Part shown: positions 38,531-52,149 of the stretch, in pieces
Position numbering within the stretch: the stretch's first letter is position 1
Layout of the letters: every line of letters starts with the position of its first letter
Source: Octopus bimaculoides
Lineage: Eukaryota
Direction of reading: 5' to 3'
Assembly: GCF_001194135.2 (NCBI RefSeq)
Contig: NC_068989.1
Span: forward strand, 63,905,252-63,969,251
Length of the DNA stretch: 64,000 nucleotides
The notes under the pieces: model-generated
Databases searched by the model: none
The model's input: the letters and a program-made list of their open reading frames with translations, nothing else
What the model was told of the DNA's origin: nothing
Program-made: the position numbers and the translations under genes

Positions 38531-39064
38531 TGCATACACACACACACCCACACACACACACAATTAGCATATATTCATTAGATATCATACACCATATCGC
38601 ATGCAGAGGTTTTAAAAAATAACAGATTCTGCTTATGAAACTTCATATGAATAAGTTATATTGTTCACTATTTTCTCATTATTAATGTTAATTACGTTAT
38701 CTTGGTAAAATTACTTCTACATATTGATTATCGTCTGAATGTTATCAGTATATGAAACTAAAATATTGACTCCCGGCTGATAACAGCATTGTATTAATTA
38801 AAAGTAGCATAACTATATCAATTAAAACTTAGGGCTTCGAATATTTTATTTTACTGTTTTGTCCAGCTTTTGGAAAATTTTCAGTTTTATTCCTTTTATA
38901 TTTGTTATTCATTTTTGTTTTGGTTTATTCGATAAATTATCTTTTAAGAAAATGAATTAATATTGTAGTTAGCTGGTTGGACCTTTCGTTGAAATACATG
39001 GTTGGTCGATCGGCTGGTTGGCTGATTGGTTGGTCTGTCGGTCGGTCGGTCGGNNNNNNNNNNC

Positions 39065-39420
39065 AGGTCGTCCTTTGCAAAGAACATTGGAGCCACTAGA
39101 GCCTTTCAGTTGTCTCCATCAAGTGACGGCTCCCAAGCTTCATTCCAGCTGCCATCAATCACCTGATCATTCACTACTGCCATTTTCTTCGGATGTCCTT
39201 TTTTTCCTGAAACTTTGTGGAAACCACTACACTGACAAAAGTGTGGCATGGGGGTATCCAAGCCGATCCCATGCCCGTGTTATTTCATCCTTCTACTTAC
39301 TACCAAATGACCTTGTTCGTGTTTCCAGGTTGGTGACGCTGTCTGTGCAAAATTCGGCGTATCCTACGCGTCCAGCTTTAGCTGGAATGTGTTGCTCATA
39401 CGTAACACTCGGTGACATCC
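39065..39420 (-). mobile_element. Degenerate RTE-like LINE 3' end
   Basis: Mixed-frame reading TDSVTNLETRTR...W.PQ...KKGHPKK...SWNEAW...D.DN*KALVAPM resembles the RTE C-terminus (VTNEEV...W.P.GKR.RGRP..TW...W.EA...DR..WK.LV). Confidence 0.5.
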
Positions 39421-39828
39421 AGGATCTTTTTTTTAATCTTTTAATCAATGAGTTAAAAGAGTAACGACTGCGTTCGTAGCATTTCTAAGATCCTTTGGAA
39501 TAGGAGGAAGAAGGTAAGATGTTATTTTCCGACTAGGTACCTATCCTGAATGCTTCGAACTCAGATGTTGGCTTTCCTGAAGAAGAGCCACGAGTTGGTC
39601 TTTGTTACTTATCATAGCCAGGTTGTGATGTTAACAAATTATGACTAAGAGCCTTAAGCAAAATACAATCTCTACAATAGATTTCATTCGGATTCACCTT
39701 TCAAAATTATACACCCTAGTCAAATTGAGATTCTGGTATATGTTTCTTAACATACTTTGCATTGAAACTGAAGCCGAAATGCGTGTGTATTTATTATATA
39801 TGCACATGTATGTATGTATATATATATT

Positions 39829-39866
<38 letters not shown>

Positions 39867-40172
39867 NNNNNNNNNNNNNNNNNNNNNNNNNNNNNNNNNN
39901 NNNNNNNNNNNNNNNNNNNNNNNNNNNNNNNNNNNNNNNNNNNNNNNNNNNNNNNNNNNNNNNNNNNNNNNNNNNNNNNNNNNNNNNNNNNNNNNNNNNN
40001 NNNNNNNNNNNNNNNNNNNNNNNNNNNNNNNNNNNNNNNNNNNNNNNNNNNNNNNNNNNNNNNNNNNNNNNNNNNNNNNNNNNNNNNNNNNNNNNNNNNN
40101 NNNNNNNNNNNNNNNNNNNNNNNNNNNNNNNNNNNNNNNNNNNNNNNNNNNNNNNNNNNNNNNNNNNNNNNN

Positions 40173-40400
40173 TTTAAATTCTCAAACGCAGGATAATGCT
40201 AATAATATAGCCTGAACAGGATAAGCTACCCCTATTTTGCAGAAAAACGTGTAGGCGTCCATACATACATACATACATACATACATACATACATACATAC
40301 ATACATGCATACATACATACATATAGTAATAAAAATTGGATGGATACATACATACATACATACATACATACATACATACATGTAGTAATAAAATTGGATG
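40173..40400 (+). repeat. Near-identical duplicate of 38353-38530 with an extra gtaataaaattggatgga module
   Basis: Begins immediately after an N-gap; sequence as above. Confidence 0.95.
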
Positions 40401-40771
40401 GAAATTCATAAATCCTTTAATGCATTGCTACGTACGTTTCCACAAACCGCATGCTTTAGATTTTGTATAGCTCATCTATAGGACATAATAAATATGGTTT
40501 GCAAAATCTATGGATTTTAAATGGAATATTAATACATGTGTTCGTTTCTTCAGACAAAAAGTGTTTGTTATTACTATATTCATCCAACGCTATAGCAGTA
40601 CCAGACTAATGACCTTCCCATAAAATTACTCTGCAGGATGGGAACAATAAATCGTAAGTGGAATAAATAGTATAAGAGCTTTTTCTTATGAGCACACTCA
40701 AAAGGTTTCATATAAATGGACTTAAAGGGGACACAGACACAGACACAGACCCCCCCCACACACACACACAC

Positions 40772-40814
<43 letters not shown>

Positions 40815-40929
40815 CCTAAAACATATTTTTTGCTCTTTTATGCCTTTCAGCCCAAAGGCTGTGACCATGCTGGAGCACCGCCAGTATTGTCACCTTTTCA
40901 ATGGCCATTCTTTTGTGGTTGGCTTTTGT

Positions 40930-41870
40930 TGAAGGAGGAAGTTCGATACTGCTGCCCTCTTTCGAGTTTCTCGCTGTGGTGTAGGTTCATCTAGGACCTT
41001 GGTCAGCAGAAGATCAAGCTGTTTCCTAAAATTCTCTACCCCTGCTCCATGTAGACCCCTAAGATATTTTGGTACGGTATTGAATAACTATGGGCTGTTG
41101 AATCCCAAGCTATTGCAGTGCATAGTCCCCACTCTACTCGGGATGGATGGGCCCTTTGGAACAGTTCGGAAGCTGGAGTAGCTCCCTACACCAAAGTTTT
41201 GTACCAACTCTTCCAGTATCTTCCACATGTATATCATTGCATATCTCTTCCGTTTTCACTCCACAGAGTAGCGTCGTAGCTCTTTCAGTCTCTCTCTCAG
41301 TAGATTAACTGTTCGACTGATGCAATCTTCCTGGTGTAGCACCGCTGAACAGCCTCAAAATCTGCTGTTAACTTGACACTCTAGAGTAACGACACTTCAC
41401 AGCAGTTGTCCAGGCAGCTGAAGAGAAATGCTTTCCATAGAAGCAGCATAGTTTCCTGGTACCTTGTTCTGAAAGTTCCCAGAATTCATCCGGTCATTTG
41501 CCAGCACATTGTAACCATCCTGATGATATGCAGGTGATACAAGGCGTTGTAACTCATATCAACCCCCAGTTCACGCTTGGTACTTAACTCTGGGGTTACC
41601 GCTCCTTTTGGTCCAAATTATCTTTGTTACGGCATGTTAGTACACGCTAGCTGCTAGCAAAAGGCTTGGAATTTGCCTACATTAAACTGTGTGTTGTTTT
41701 ATATCGTAGCTAGTAAGTGTGGCTGTCTTTGTAACTGATGACATGTCCGAAAGAGCTACCACAAACAGCAGTGGTCCCAAGACATGACCCTGAGGAACTT
41801 CACTCGCTATTATTGCTTCCTTTGAGAGGGCTACATTAGCTGCCATAGCCTGGCTTCTGTCTTTTAAGAG
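40930..41870 (-). mobile_element. Degenerate L2/CR1-group LINE, RT 3' half to C-terminus
   Basis: VPQGHVLGPLLFVVALSDM; QFNVGKFQA; ELGVDMSYNA; ILGTFRTRYQETMLLLWKAF; EAVQRCYTRKI; ERLKELRRYS..KRKRYAMIYMWKILEELV; KYLRGLHG...FRKQLDLLL..VLDEP. Confidence 0.9.
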
Positions 41871-41928
41871 GTCATGTAACTACTCTCCCAATTGTCCGTC
41901 TTGTACGTATATGTTTATGCGTGTGTAT

Positions 41929-42075
<147 letters not shown>

Positions 42076-44091
42076 TACATACATACAAATACACACACGG
42101 GCATTACATATATTTATATATATATATATATTTATATATTGCAAAATAGGTTATCCACCACAGTTTAGTTTAATTTATGACTGCTTTATAATTCACTAGC
42201 CTGAGCTATTAATTATTTAAGAAGCCGTTTACGTCTACTTTGTGGCAGTCAACAAGACATAGAACAGTCTGTCAGAAAAGTCAGACATTTTTTTCTGTTT
42301 TGCACATCAATATCATAGAACGAAATTTGTTTTCGCTCGTATTTCACCCCACCGTAGATTATTGAATTAACTGTCGTATGGTATCGATTTCGCTGTTTAA
42401 CATATCATGGTTAATATCCTTCTCTCACCTATGAAACTAGAAACAGTTGTTGCTTAGCCTCCAGGTAGGTTCTGAACAAACAGACTTTTAATCAAAAGAC
42501 CTTTCAGCCATGACTATCCAGTGCAGTTCTATAGTCTATCTAGGATCATAATTCCAGTGTTTTCAACTTTTAAATCTGTGTGTGATTTGAGGGAGTTTCA
42601 AATGTTTTTTCTTGACGCTGATCGACCACATAAACAATCCTACGTTGGCTCGTAATGCTAATATACTGAGCTCGATACAATCAACTACAACTTATTTAGA
42701 AAACAGATCCGTGTTCTTAGTCAAAAGAAGTAACTGGTGTGTAAATATTGATGCGATATCAATACAGAATCTCGATGAATATGCAGTCTGTTATAAAGAA
42801 GCTATCTACATACAGCTTGTCAAAGACAAAAGATACAAACTGCAAACCATACTGAGTGAAAACGGTTCGTATGTACCGGTTTCTTAAACAGATAAATCGC
42901 GGTTAAAATAACAATTATATGGAATATAGATAAAATAGATATGAAAACATTGATATTCTGTAAATACTCATAGCATACAGACAAAGCCCTGATATTTGTA
43001 AACTGATACAACACATTCAAAATAACACTATCTGTAAACATAGTTTTGATTAGTGTAATACGAAGACGAACTTCAAGCAAAAAAATAACAACATAAAAAG
43101 AAAGAAAGAAATAGAAACGAAAACTAGAAAACAGCCTGCAGTTCCCTCTAGGATTTGCGGTTTCAGAAAATTGAATAACAAAATAATCTAGAAAAAGTAA
43201 TCGATAGCAAATCGATAAATTTCTACGGGTTATATTGCCAGATGCAGACCGAAAGAAAAATGAATGGTATCTGAACAGCTTGGATGGCAGGAATCATTAA
43301 AATAATCACAAACCATTAGAGATATTAGGAAGAGAAGTAAATCGTACCACCGTACCATACTTAAAAAGCAACTGACATATTCGTATTGGCCTATTAAAAC
43401 GATGTCAGCGTTCTCTTCTGTTGGAATTAGAAACTCAACTCTGGCAATTAAAAACGAAAATACAACGAAGTCAATTACTTTATTAGTGAAGTCACATTTT
43501 CTATAAAAATAAATTTCACTCACAATACTTTACTTCCTATTAAATTTTTTCTTGGTAGAAGATGAATGTTTCACTGAAGAATGCACAGAGTATGCAGCAA
43601 TACAGCACTGTTGCCTTTAGAGGTCACCGAGAACCGACGAGAAAGGTGAAGGGAGACTGTCTTTATCGTAACACAACTAGTTAGAAACAGCAGCCAAATC
43701 TTCTGCGCATTACATAGGGTTGTCTTAAAAAACGATACAATAGAAAATGTAGTCCTCAAGATATGTTTTGAGTGGGATAAAGTATGAATTTGTCCCACTG
43801 GGATCTATTTTATTAAGATTTTTCCATTATGGCCGAAGTAGATCTAACAATCAAGCAACGGGGACGAGTAACTTCATAAATTACTCCGATAAATAAATAA
43901 CATTTACTACTCACAGTGGCTTGTAATAATTTCTTTTTGTTCTTGTATAACTCAACAATTATCAATTAATTATCTCTGTGTAATTAAATATATATATATA
44001 TATATATATATATGNNNNNNNNNNNATATATATATATATATATATATATATACTGTTGTGTCTGAGGCGAGTCATTCTCTTTTAGTGCCTT

Positions 44092-44124
<33 letters not shown>

Positions 44125-46049
44125 CAGACAGCACGCTTGTGTGTGTAAATGTCTGTATAAACTCACCGTGAAAATATATTTTATCATTCGCACCAAGGAA
44201 TATATTTCTTACGGTGTTATACCAAATAACGCTTAAGTTCATTAAAAAAAATAACTGAAGTGTGTGAACATTATCCTTGGTATGTCTTCTGCTCAACACT
44301 TTAGATGTTGCGAGAATATTTACAGACTTGCAGTTTTGTAGATTCTAGAATGCGTAATCATGTCAATACAACTGAATTTCCTATATCACCATTTCTATTT
44401 CTTAAAAGACGACGACAATGACGCCATATCAACGAGACAACATTCAGTTGTACAAAGGTTTCACTACTGCTTAACACCTGCACTGATGCGTGCAACCATC
44501 TTGTTCTTGTTTTTTTTTATTTCTTGCTTTCCATCTCATTTTTACTATCACATATGCAATGCTTCAAATTACCTAATGTAAAAACATGCATGCGAATGCG
44601 TGGCGCGTATACATGACATATANNNNNNNNNNNNNNNNNNNNNNNNNNNNNNNNNNNNNNNNNNNNNNNNNNNNNNNNNNNNNNNNNNNNNNNNNNNNNN
44701 NNNNNNNNNNNNNNNNNNNNNNTATATATATATACATATATAATTATGTTATGGAATGGTAGATTTCGAAGTAAATAAAACTATGAATAATAGCGCGTAA
44801 TTAACGGGTTATAAAAATCTATTGAATAGAAAATGTCGAAGGCTGCCCATGGGACTGGACTCTATAATTCCTGTAAGCATGACGGTCAAGCATTGACGGG
44901 CAAGCATGATGGGCCGATGCAATCCTTCGAATTTCTCAATCCATCTTAGGAACTTATTCTTACGAGCGACACGCTATTATCTATAGTTTTATCTGCTTTG
45001 AAATCACTCATTACATATAAGTCCTACTGAATGTGTTGATTTCGTCATTTTCCAACTGTATCGCGACTCTGATTGGCACGGAATAACATTGATGCGAACA
45101 GGGATTCATCGGTTTTTTTTTGGGGGGGGGGTCCCCATTACACACTATAGCAGGCGCTTTTTTCCTTCAGTTATCTCTGCAGCCGCTACACAAACCAGAA
45201 GCTGTAGTATCTACTCTAATCCTCCAGAAACAATTTTGTTTTATTGTTTCCGTTTAGAATCAGCTTTGATCTTTCTCATACATATCAATATCAAAGAAAT
45301 CTTTAGTTGCCCTTTGAATATTAATCATCACTCATTTTAACCAATGGTTTTATTTGCACAGCGGTTCTAAATCTATGTTTATTAAACACACACATCAAAC
45401 TTATCGATAAATATGCTGCCGCGTTTTATCAATATTTTAGTTAATTAATCCGCACGCCAACGAATGTACTGATATGGAAATTAACAAAACCAATGCAGTC
45501 ATTGTATAACATATTTAAAAAGATGCTATAAGCTCCTTCCTCCTTTATCCCTCTCTCTCTCTCTCTCTCGCTCTCTCTCTCACTCTCTCTCTCTCTCCCT
45601 ACCACTCTCTCTCTCCCTCCCTCCCTCTCTCTCTCTCTCTCTCCAATGGATGATATAAAAACCCTTGCCAAGCTGATAATGGGCGAAGGTATTTGTTCTG
45701 TTCTTCAATGAGTTTTGTTGAGAAATCGCTGTAGTTTAAACATAGAAATGTTTATTCAAAGTCTGCACATGAATTTATTTCTAAATAAATTCATAAACAC
45801 GCACTTTAAATGCAATAATTTATTAATCTGCAGTTCGAAGGAATGGAATGGACGGGTATGCAAATGAGCAAAATAGCGAATGTATTTCATAATATTTTAA
45901 AAGTCGTTGAAATGTATACACGTCATCGCTCCTCTCCATCATGCTCTGTAATACAGATAGAGTTGTCAGTCTTTGTTCTGATGTTTTCCTACAGAGCATG
46001 GTTTAATGTGACATTTACACAAACCTGTGTAAATGTATTGACTGTATAT

Positions 46050-46490
46050 ACACGAGGGGGTACCCAAAAGTAACAGCAATTTTACAATATTATTTTATTC
46101 ATTTAGCTTTACATGCTTTCGGTTTTATTGCCTTTCAAAGTATTCTCCATTTGAAGCAATACATCGGTCCAGGCGCCTATGCTACTGCTCGAAGAAGTCC
46201 TAGAACTCTTGTAAAGTGATTCCTTTTAATGCCTCCGTTGTTCATTTCTTTACCTCTTCCACATCTGCAAAGCGTTTTCGGTGGGGACAAAAAAAGTTGA
46301 TGGGAGCAAGATCGGGTGAATAGGGAATGGGGAAACAGGGTGAATTACATCAAGGCGATGTGCGATGATGCATTGTCGTGATGAAACCACTACTCTCCAC
46401 TTTGCCATTGGTCAGGGCGTTTTCGTCTCACCACATCTCGTAAACACTTCAGAAATGCCGAGTAAAATGTTTGGTTAACAGTTCGACCAT
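46050..46490 (-). mobile_element. Mariner transposase C-terminal remnant with probable 3' end
   Basis: GRTVNQTFY...LRDVVRRKRPDQW...HHDNASSH; PYSPDLAP; KRFADVEEVK...LDRCIASNGEYFE; terminal tacacgagggggg. Confidence 0.9.
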
Positions 46491-46529
46491 ATATATAGGT
46501 GTGTATGTGTGTCTGTGTGTGTGTGTGTA

Positions 46530-46590
<61 letters not shown>

Positions 46591-46814
46591 TGAGTGTTTA
46601 AAGTAATGTACAGATATTGCATATTTAGAAAATGGATGCAGTCAGAATTTTGGATAATTCTTTATTAATGCTTTCGTTCGTTTAATCAAACTCTTCAAGA
46701 CAAAACCAAAATAATAAAACAGAAAGTTTCTTCGTCTTTTATATGAATCGAAAAGAAATTTTACTTTTGGAGAAAGGGAGAAAGAAAGGAAGAAAGGGAG
46801 CAGGACATGCACAT

Positions 46815-46975
46815 ATACACGAGGGTCCAGCAACTTCTTGCTGAACAACCAGCAAAAATAGTCTCTTAATAGTGACCAACTGTTTGTGCGATACATGAGT
46901 CTCTCCATGAAATAAACATTGCTTGTACAGGTGGACGGTTTACTACACATCTGATGACAAAGTGATCGCAGAGCA
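46815..46975 (-). mobile_element. Second mariner 3'-end remnant
   Basis: Terminus tacacgaggg as at 46050; YFMERLMYR...LRDYF weakly resembles GI.RLV.RW.KC...GDYF. Confidence 0.45.
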
Positions 46976-46984
46976 ACGTTAACT

Positions 46985-47087
46985 TAAATTCTTCGCTGAA
47001 GAACACAACCCGAGGCCCAGTCTGGGAGTCGAAACTTCGATCTTGCTATCGTCAGTAAAACAGCCTAAACAATAGGCCACGTGCCCG
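46985..47087 (-). mobile_element. SINE family C head, diverged
   Basis: Reverse complement gggcacgtggcctattgtttagg...gaagtttcgactccc...gggttgtgttcttcagc. Confidence 0.6.
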
Positions 47088-47723
47088 CAGGATGTATACA
47101 TTTAAATATGTGTGTGGCGGTGGGGCATACGTGTATGTATATTTACACGCACGCACACAGACGCACATTCGTATATTCGTGTGTGCGCCTATGTGTATAT
47201 ATGTGTATATTTGAAGATCTTAATCATGTACATGATTATGTACAATGTTCTTTTGTTTTTGTTTGTTTTTAAAAGTGACAGTGACTTTAAAATTTTAATA
47301 GACCTTTCCATTTTAATCTGTAGGGCGACACTGCAGATTTGTTGCGTATAAAGCGGAGCAGTTTTGAATATGGCACGTTTTTCTCAATTTATGTTTTTGA
47401 GGTTTCTTTTGTAACGAGTAGAAAAAGGTACAGCGAAAGTGTAAAAAGAATACATAGAAACGCTTTTTCAAGTAGCATACTCAAAATATGGCAAGAGGGA
47501 GGAATAAATAATGAGATTTGAGCATATATTGTATAGGCATTCAGTCACCGAGTAGATTAGCAATGGAGATTAATATGCAAATTTTGTATGGAATATTTTA
47601 AGAGATGAAACATGATATGAAAATCAATATCCCTAAAGTTAAGAGTTGGGAAACGGCTCGGTTAGTTAAAACCTGATATATGTTGGCGGAAAGGAAAAGT
47701 TGATGTAAATCAGCTTTTGGAAA

Positions 47724-47876
47724 AGGTGTAGCTGTATCGTAAGCAATTTGCTTCCCAATCACATGATTTGGGTTCAGTCTCACTGTGCGGCAACTTAGGA
47801 AAGTTAATTCTACTATAGCTTCAGACCAACCAAAGCTTTGCGTATGGATTTCATATACGGAAAGTGTAAGAAGACC

Positions 47877-47878
<2 letters not shown>
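47724..47878 (+). mobile_element. SINE family A, 5' half
   Basis: gtagctgtatcgtaagcaatttgcttcccaatcacatgatttgggttcagtctcactg...tctactatagcttcagaccaaccaaagc, ending at a (TG)n tract. Confidence 0.8.
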
Positions 47879-47913
<35 letters not shown>

Positions 47914-47974
47914 GTAAGTGCGTGTGTGTGTAAATAGAGTTGAAAATTTATCTAATATTTTATATCGTTTGTTT

Positions 47975-48310
47975 CAGTTATTAGACTGCGCCTATGCTGG
48001 GGCACTGCCTTGAAGAATTTTACTCAAACGAATCGACTCCAGCACTTTGTTTGTAAACCTTGATACTTATTCTATCGATATCTTTTGCCGAACCGTTTAG
48101 TTACGGAGACGAAAACACGCCATCACCGGCTATCAAGCGGTAAAGTAAAGGACAAGCTCAAAGAAAAAGATATACTCATGAGCTTCTTTCAGTTTCCGAC
48201 CACCAGTTCCACTCACAAGACAAACTTTGGTCGGCCCGAGTCTATAGTCGAAGACACTTACCTAAGGTACCACGCAGTGGGACTGAATCCAGAACCATGT
48301 GCTTGGATGA
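47975..48310 (-). mobile_element. SINE family A lacking an expanded internal microsatellite
   Basis: Both halves present; the internal site reads aaagaaaaagatatactcatg with no tandem tract. Confidence 0.85.
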
Positions 48311-48784
48311 TATATAAATAAACATAATTGATGTATAGTAACACAAAGGACGATAAATATTATGAAAAGCATGTATGATGTAATTAAAAATATTTAATGA
48401 AAAATGCGCTAAAAAATGATTTATGTTACAAAAATGTATAGGATAACAGAACGCGTGTTTTGGCATAAAATAATTTTATTTAATGAAAAACTCACATAGA
48501 ATCCTAAAGCTTTGATCTTAACAGCGTCTGCCTCTTAATTTCCTTAACGCAGATTCTAGCATCCTGTAACTATAATTTCATTAAATTTTCTCACAGTCCT
48601 CCGCCAGCAAATTAATATTTAACCATATAGTGTTTTATTTCTTTCCGTCAATTTTATAATATAGATAGTTCTTCCTGTTGATAGCTGTTAACGAATTTCC
48701 TTTCAAATATTTTTTTCATTGCACGCCATTAAAATATTAGAAATTATTTATTGTATTCGCTTCTGTATATTTTTGATTTCACAA

Positions 48785-48948
48785 GCGCAGGCGTGGCTAT
48801 GTGGCAAGAAGTTCGCTTCCCAAACTCATAGTACCGGGTTAAGTCCCACCGTGTGGCACTTTGGAAAATGGTCTTCTACTACTATAGCCTCGGGCCCCGG
48901 CTAAAGCCTTGTGAGTGGATGTGCTAAACAGAAACTGAAAGAAACCCT

Positions 48949-49007
<59 letters not shown>

Positions 49008-49225
49008 CTGTGTATTTGTCTGTGTTTCTCCCAACTACCACTTGACAACAGGTGTTGATGTATTTACGTACCCTTAATAATTTAGCCGTACCACGAAAAG
49101 ACCGATAGAATACCTAGCAAGCCTTAAGAAAAAATGTACTGGAGTCGATTCGTTCGACTAACAGGAGGTGCCCCAGTATGACCGCAATCTAATGTTTGGA
49201 ACAATTAAGAGATACAAGATAAAAG
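48785..49225 (+). mobile_element. SINE family A, full length
   Basis: gcgcaggcgtggctatgtggcaagaag...gggttaagtcccac...gtcttctactactatagcctcggg...(TA)n...3' half. Confidence 0.9.
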
Positions 49226-50159
49226 AAAAACATCTCCAAAATCTAAAACTGAGTTGCCTCTTAACCTCAGAAACGCATGGAATTTTATTCACTCGCCTTT
49301 ATTGTTCGTAGAATGTGCATGGTATTCTTCTCTATCTCCAGTTATTGAATCTTTTTATCAGTTTTATATCTCCAATAATATTTCCATTCTTTCTGGCATG
49401 TAATTATGTAACTCTGCGTAACAAAATTTTGATTCTTTCTTTTTTTTCTTTTGTTTCTGGTCAGTAAGTGTTATTTCCGATTTGCTTCTGTCTAAAAATC
49501 AGAGGAAATTACTAATAATTCCTTCAAACTTTGCTTTTGTGACCTGGACATCAATGTTTTGAAGCTGACCTGCATTTCAGACAGATTCAGCGCTGAGTTG
49601 CTGAAGCAGAAATATCGTTACAGCAAATATTTTGCTCAATACCACATATTCGCTTCTCAGGTGCATGACCTTAACCACTTGAACATGTCCCTTAATGGCT
49701 GACAGTATGTGCATCTCTGATGATGATGAGAAGTAGTGGGGGAACATCTTAATCATATGTTGAGAGGGATCCTTTGGATATTCGATAAATGTATCAAAAG
49801 CAAAATTTAAAGGAACTGTTACCCATTTTTCGAGCCTTCTAGGGGTAAGCAAATGAAAAATAATAGCTGCTACCCAAGAACAAAAATCGTATTACACAAT
49901 GTAATTTATGTAATTATTCATATCACGAATGTAAACGGCATTACATTTTAAAAGCGATATAAATTTATAATTTACACACTACACCAGCCATGATTTGAAT
50001 TAGAACAAATATTTTTAATAATATACAATGAGTTAGACATCTCATCAACAAGAAAGACACTTTCATATGATGAGATCTGACTGAAGCACAAGGCTCGTAA
50101 TTTTGATGGAGAGGGGTTTAGTCGATACCAACGATATCAATACTTGACTTATTTTTCTA

Positions 50160-50289
50160 CTTGTTTCAAACATTTGCTGGAGCAGCGCATTTAGTCGAAT
50201 AAATCGACCCCAGGATTTATTCTAAGTTACGGGGACGTAAACACACCAGCATCAGTTGTCAAGCGATGGTGGGGGATAAATACAGACAC

Positions 50290-50332
<43 letters not shown>

Positions 50333-50941
50333 NNNNNNNNNNNNNNNNNNNNNNNNNNNNNNNNNNNNNNNNNNNNNNNNNNNNNNNNNNNNNNNNNNNN
50401 NNNNNNNNNNNNNNNNNNNNNNNNNNNNNNNNNNNNNNNNNNNNNNNNNNNNNNNNNNNNNNNNNNNNNNNNNNNNNNNNNNNNNNNNNNNNNNNNNNNN
50501 NNNNNNNNNNNNNNNNNNNNNNNNNNNNNNNNNNNNNNNNNNNNNNNNNNNNNNNNNNNNNNNNNNNNNNNNNNNNNNNNNNNNNNNNNNNNNNNNNNNN
50601 NNNNNNNNNNNNNNNNNNNNNNNNNNNNNNNNNNNNNNNNNNNNNNNNNNNNNNNNNNNNNNNNNNNNNNNNNNNNNNNNNNNNNNNNNNNNNNNNNNNN
50701 NNNNNNNNNNNNNNNNNNNNNNNNNNNNNNNNNNNNNNNNNNNNNNNNNNNNNNNNNNNNNNNNNNNNNNNNNNNGTGTGTGTGTGTGTGTGTGTGCGCG
50801 TCTACCAAATCTACTCAGAAGGCCTTGGTCAGCCCGGGTTTATGACAGAAAACACTCGCACAACATGCCGCGCAGTGATACTAAGTTCCAAACTACGAGT
50901 TCGCGAAGCAAACTTCTTACCACATAGGCAATCCTGCGCCT
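50160..50941 (-). mobile_element. SINE family A whose internal microsatellite contains an assembly gap
   Basis: 3' half at 50160-50295, (TA)n-gap-(TG)n, 5' half at 50800-50941 ending caatcctgcgcct. Confidence 0.82.
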
Positions 50942-51460
50942 ACTAAACTTTCACGAAAAGATTGACAGTAATTTCGAAGTTTCAGCTGTCTTGCCTTTGA
51001 GGATAGTGTCAACCTGTTCTTTATAAAGGTTTAATAAACATGTAGTGTAAAAAATGTACTCAGTAACCCTTTAGCATAATGTTAAGCTGATTTAATAAAC
51101 TAGAAACAATCACCCGCTCGCGCATGCGCGTGTATAATTATATGTTCAATTGTTCAGCTCAAATTATTTGATTGTAAAAATATGAATTATCTATTGAAAT
51201 TTTTCCGTAAATAGCTGCACATTAACTTTGTAATAAGATTTCTTAATTCCACCGAATTTTATCCATTCTTCAGACAACTGTTTTTCAAACAATCAAATTT
51301 GGTAACGCTGTTATTCATACGTTGTTTTAACCATAAAAATAATCCATACAGAAACTTCTATATTAAACTATCCTGTACATATACGATTACTAGCGCAACT
51401 CTAATCCCATATATATTTTTACATCATCATCATCATCATCATCAGCATCATCATTATCAA

Positions 51461-51499
<39 letters not shown>

Positions 51500-51514
51500 T
51501 ATTATTATTATTAT

Positions 51515-51722
51515 TTAGGCGGCAATCTGGCTGGATCATTAGCGCCCTGGTCAAAATGCTTAGCAGCAGTTCGTCCGTCGTCTTTATGTTCTGAGCTCAA
51601 ATTCCGCCTAGGTTGACTTTGACTTTCATCCTTTTGGGGTCCTATTAAATAAGTACCAGTTAAACACTGGGCTCAATGTAATCGACTAGAACAAACTTTC
51701 AGGTTTTGTGCCTATAGTAGAA
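51515..51722 (+). mobile_element. SINE family B flanked by (TAA)n on both sides
   Basis: aggcggcaatctggctggatcattagc...gttctgagctcaaattccgcc...tttcatccttttggggtc...aataagtaccag...ttgtgcctatagtagaaa. Confidence 0.88.
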
Positions 51723-51729
51723 ATGATTA

Positions 51730-51752
51730 TTATTATCATCATTATTATTACA

Positions 51753-51850
<98 letters not shown>
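51730..51850. repeat. (TTA)n microsatellite
   Basis: Visible tandem units. Confidence 0.97.
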
Positions 51851-52149
51851 ACATTAGATAGTTTCAGGCAGATTTCTACTGAATCACTTGCTACACCTCC
51901 GTGTTTCCGGGGCATGTGCAGCATTGTGTATTCTTTTCTGATGTTGGAGAAATGCAAGCTCTTCCGCTAATGTATTGCATCATTTTCTTTTGTTATGGTG
52001 TCTAGTTTCAGTCTTTTGTTGTATTAGTATTTCTATTGGGTGTTTTGCGTGTAATGCGAGTTATGTTCTTGTTGGGTATCCGGTCTGTAGAGTACATGTT
52101 GTGGAGGTCGTTTATTTTATTGGATATTTACTGTATATAGTGCCTTGTG

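Noticed and set aside
51850-52140. Continuation of the R4-like ORF (an RPD triplet)
   Set aside because: Surrounding residues do not match the RLE seen at 53325-53810; left unassigned.
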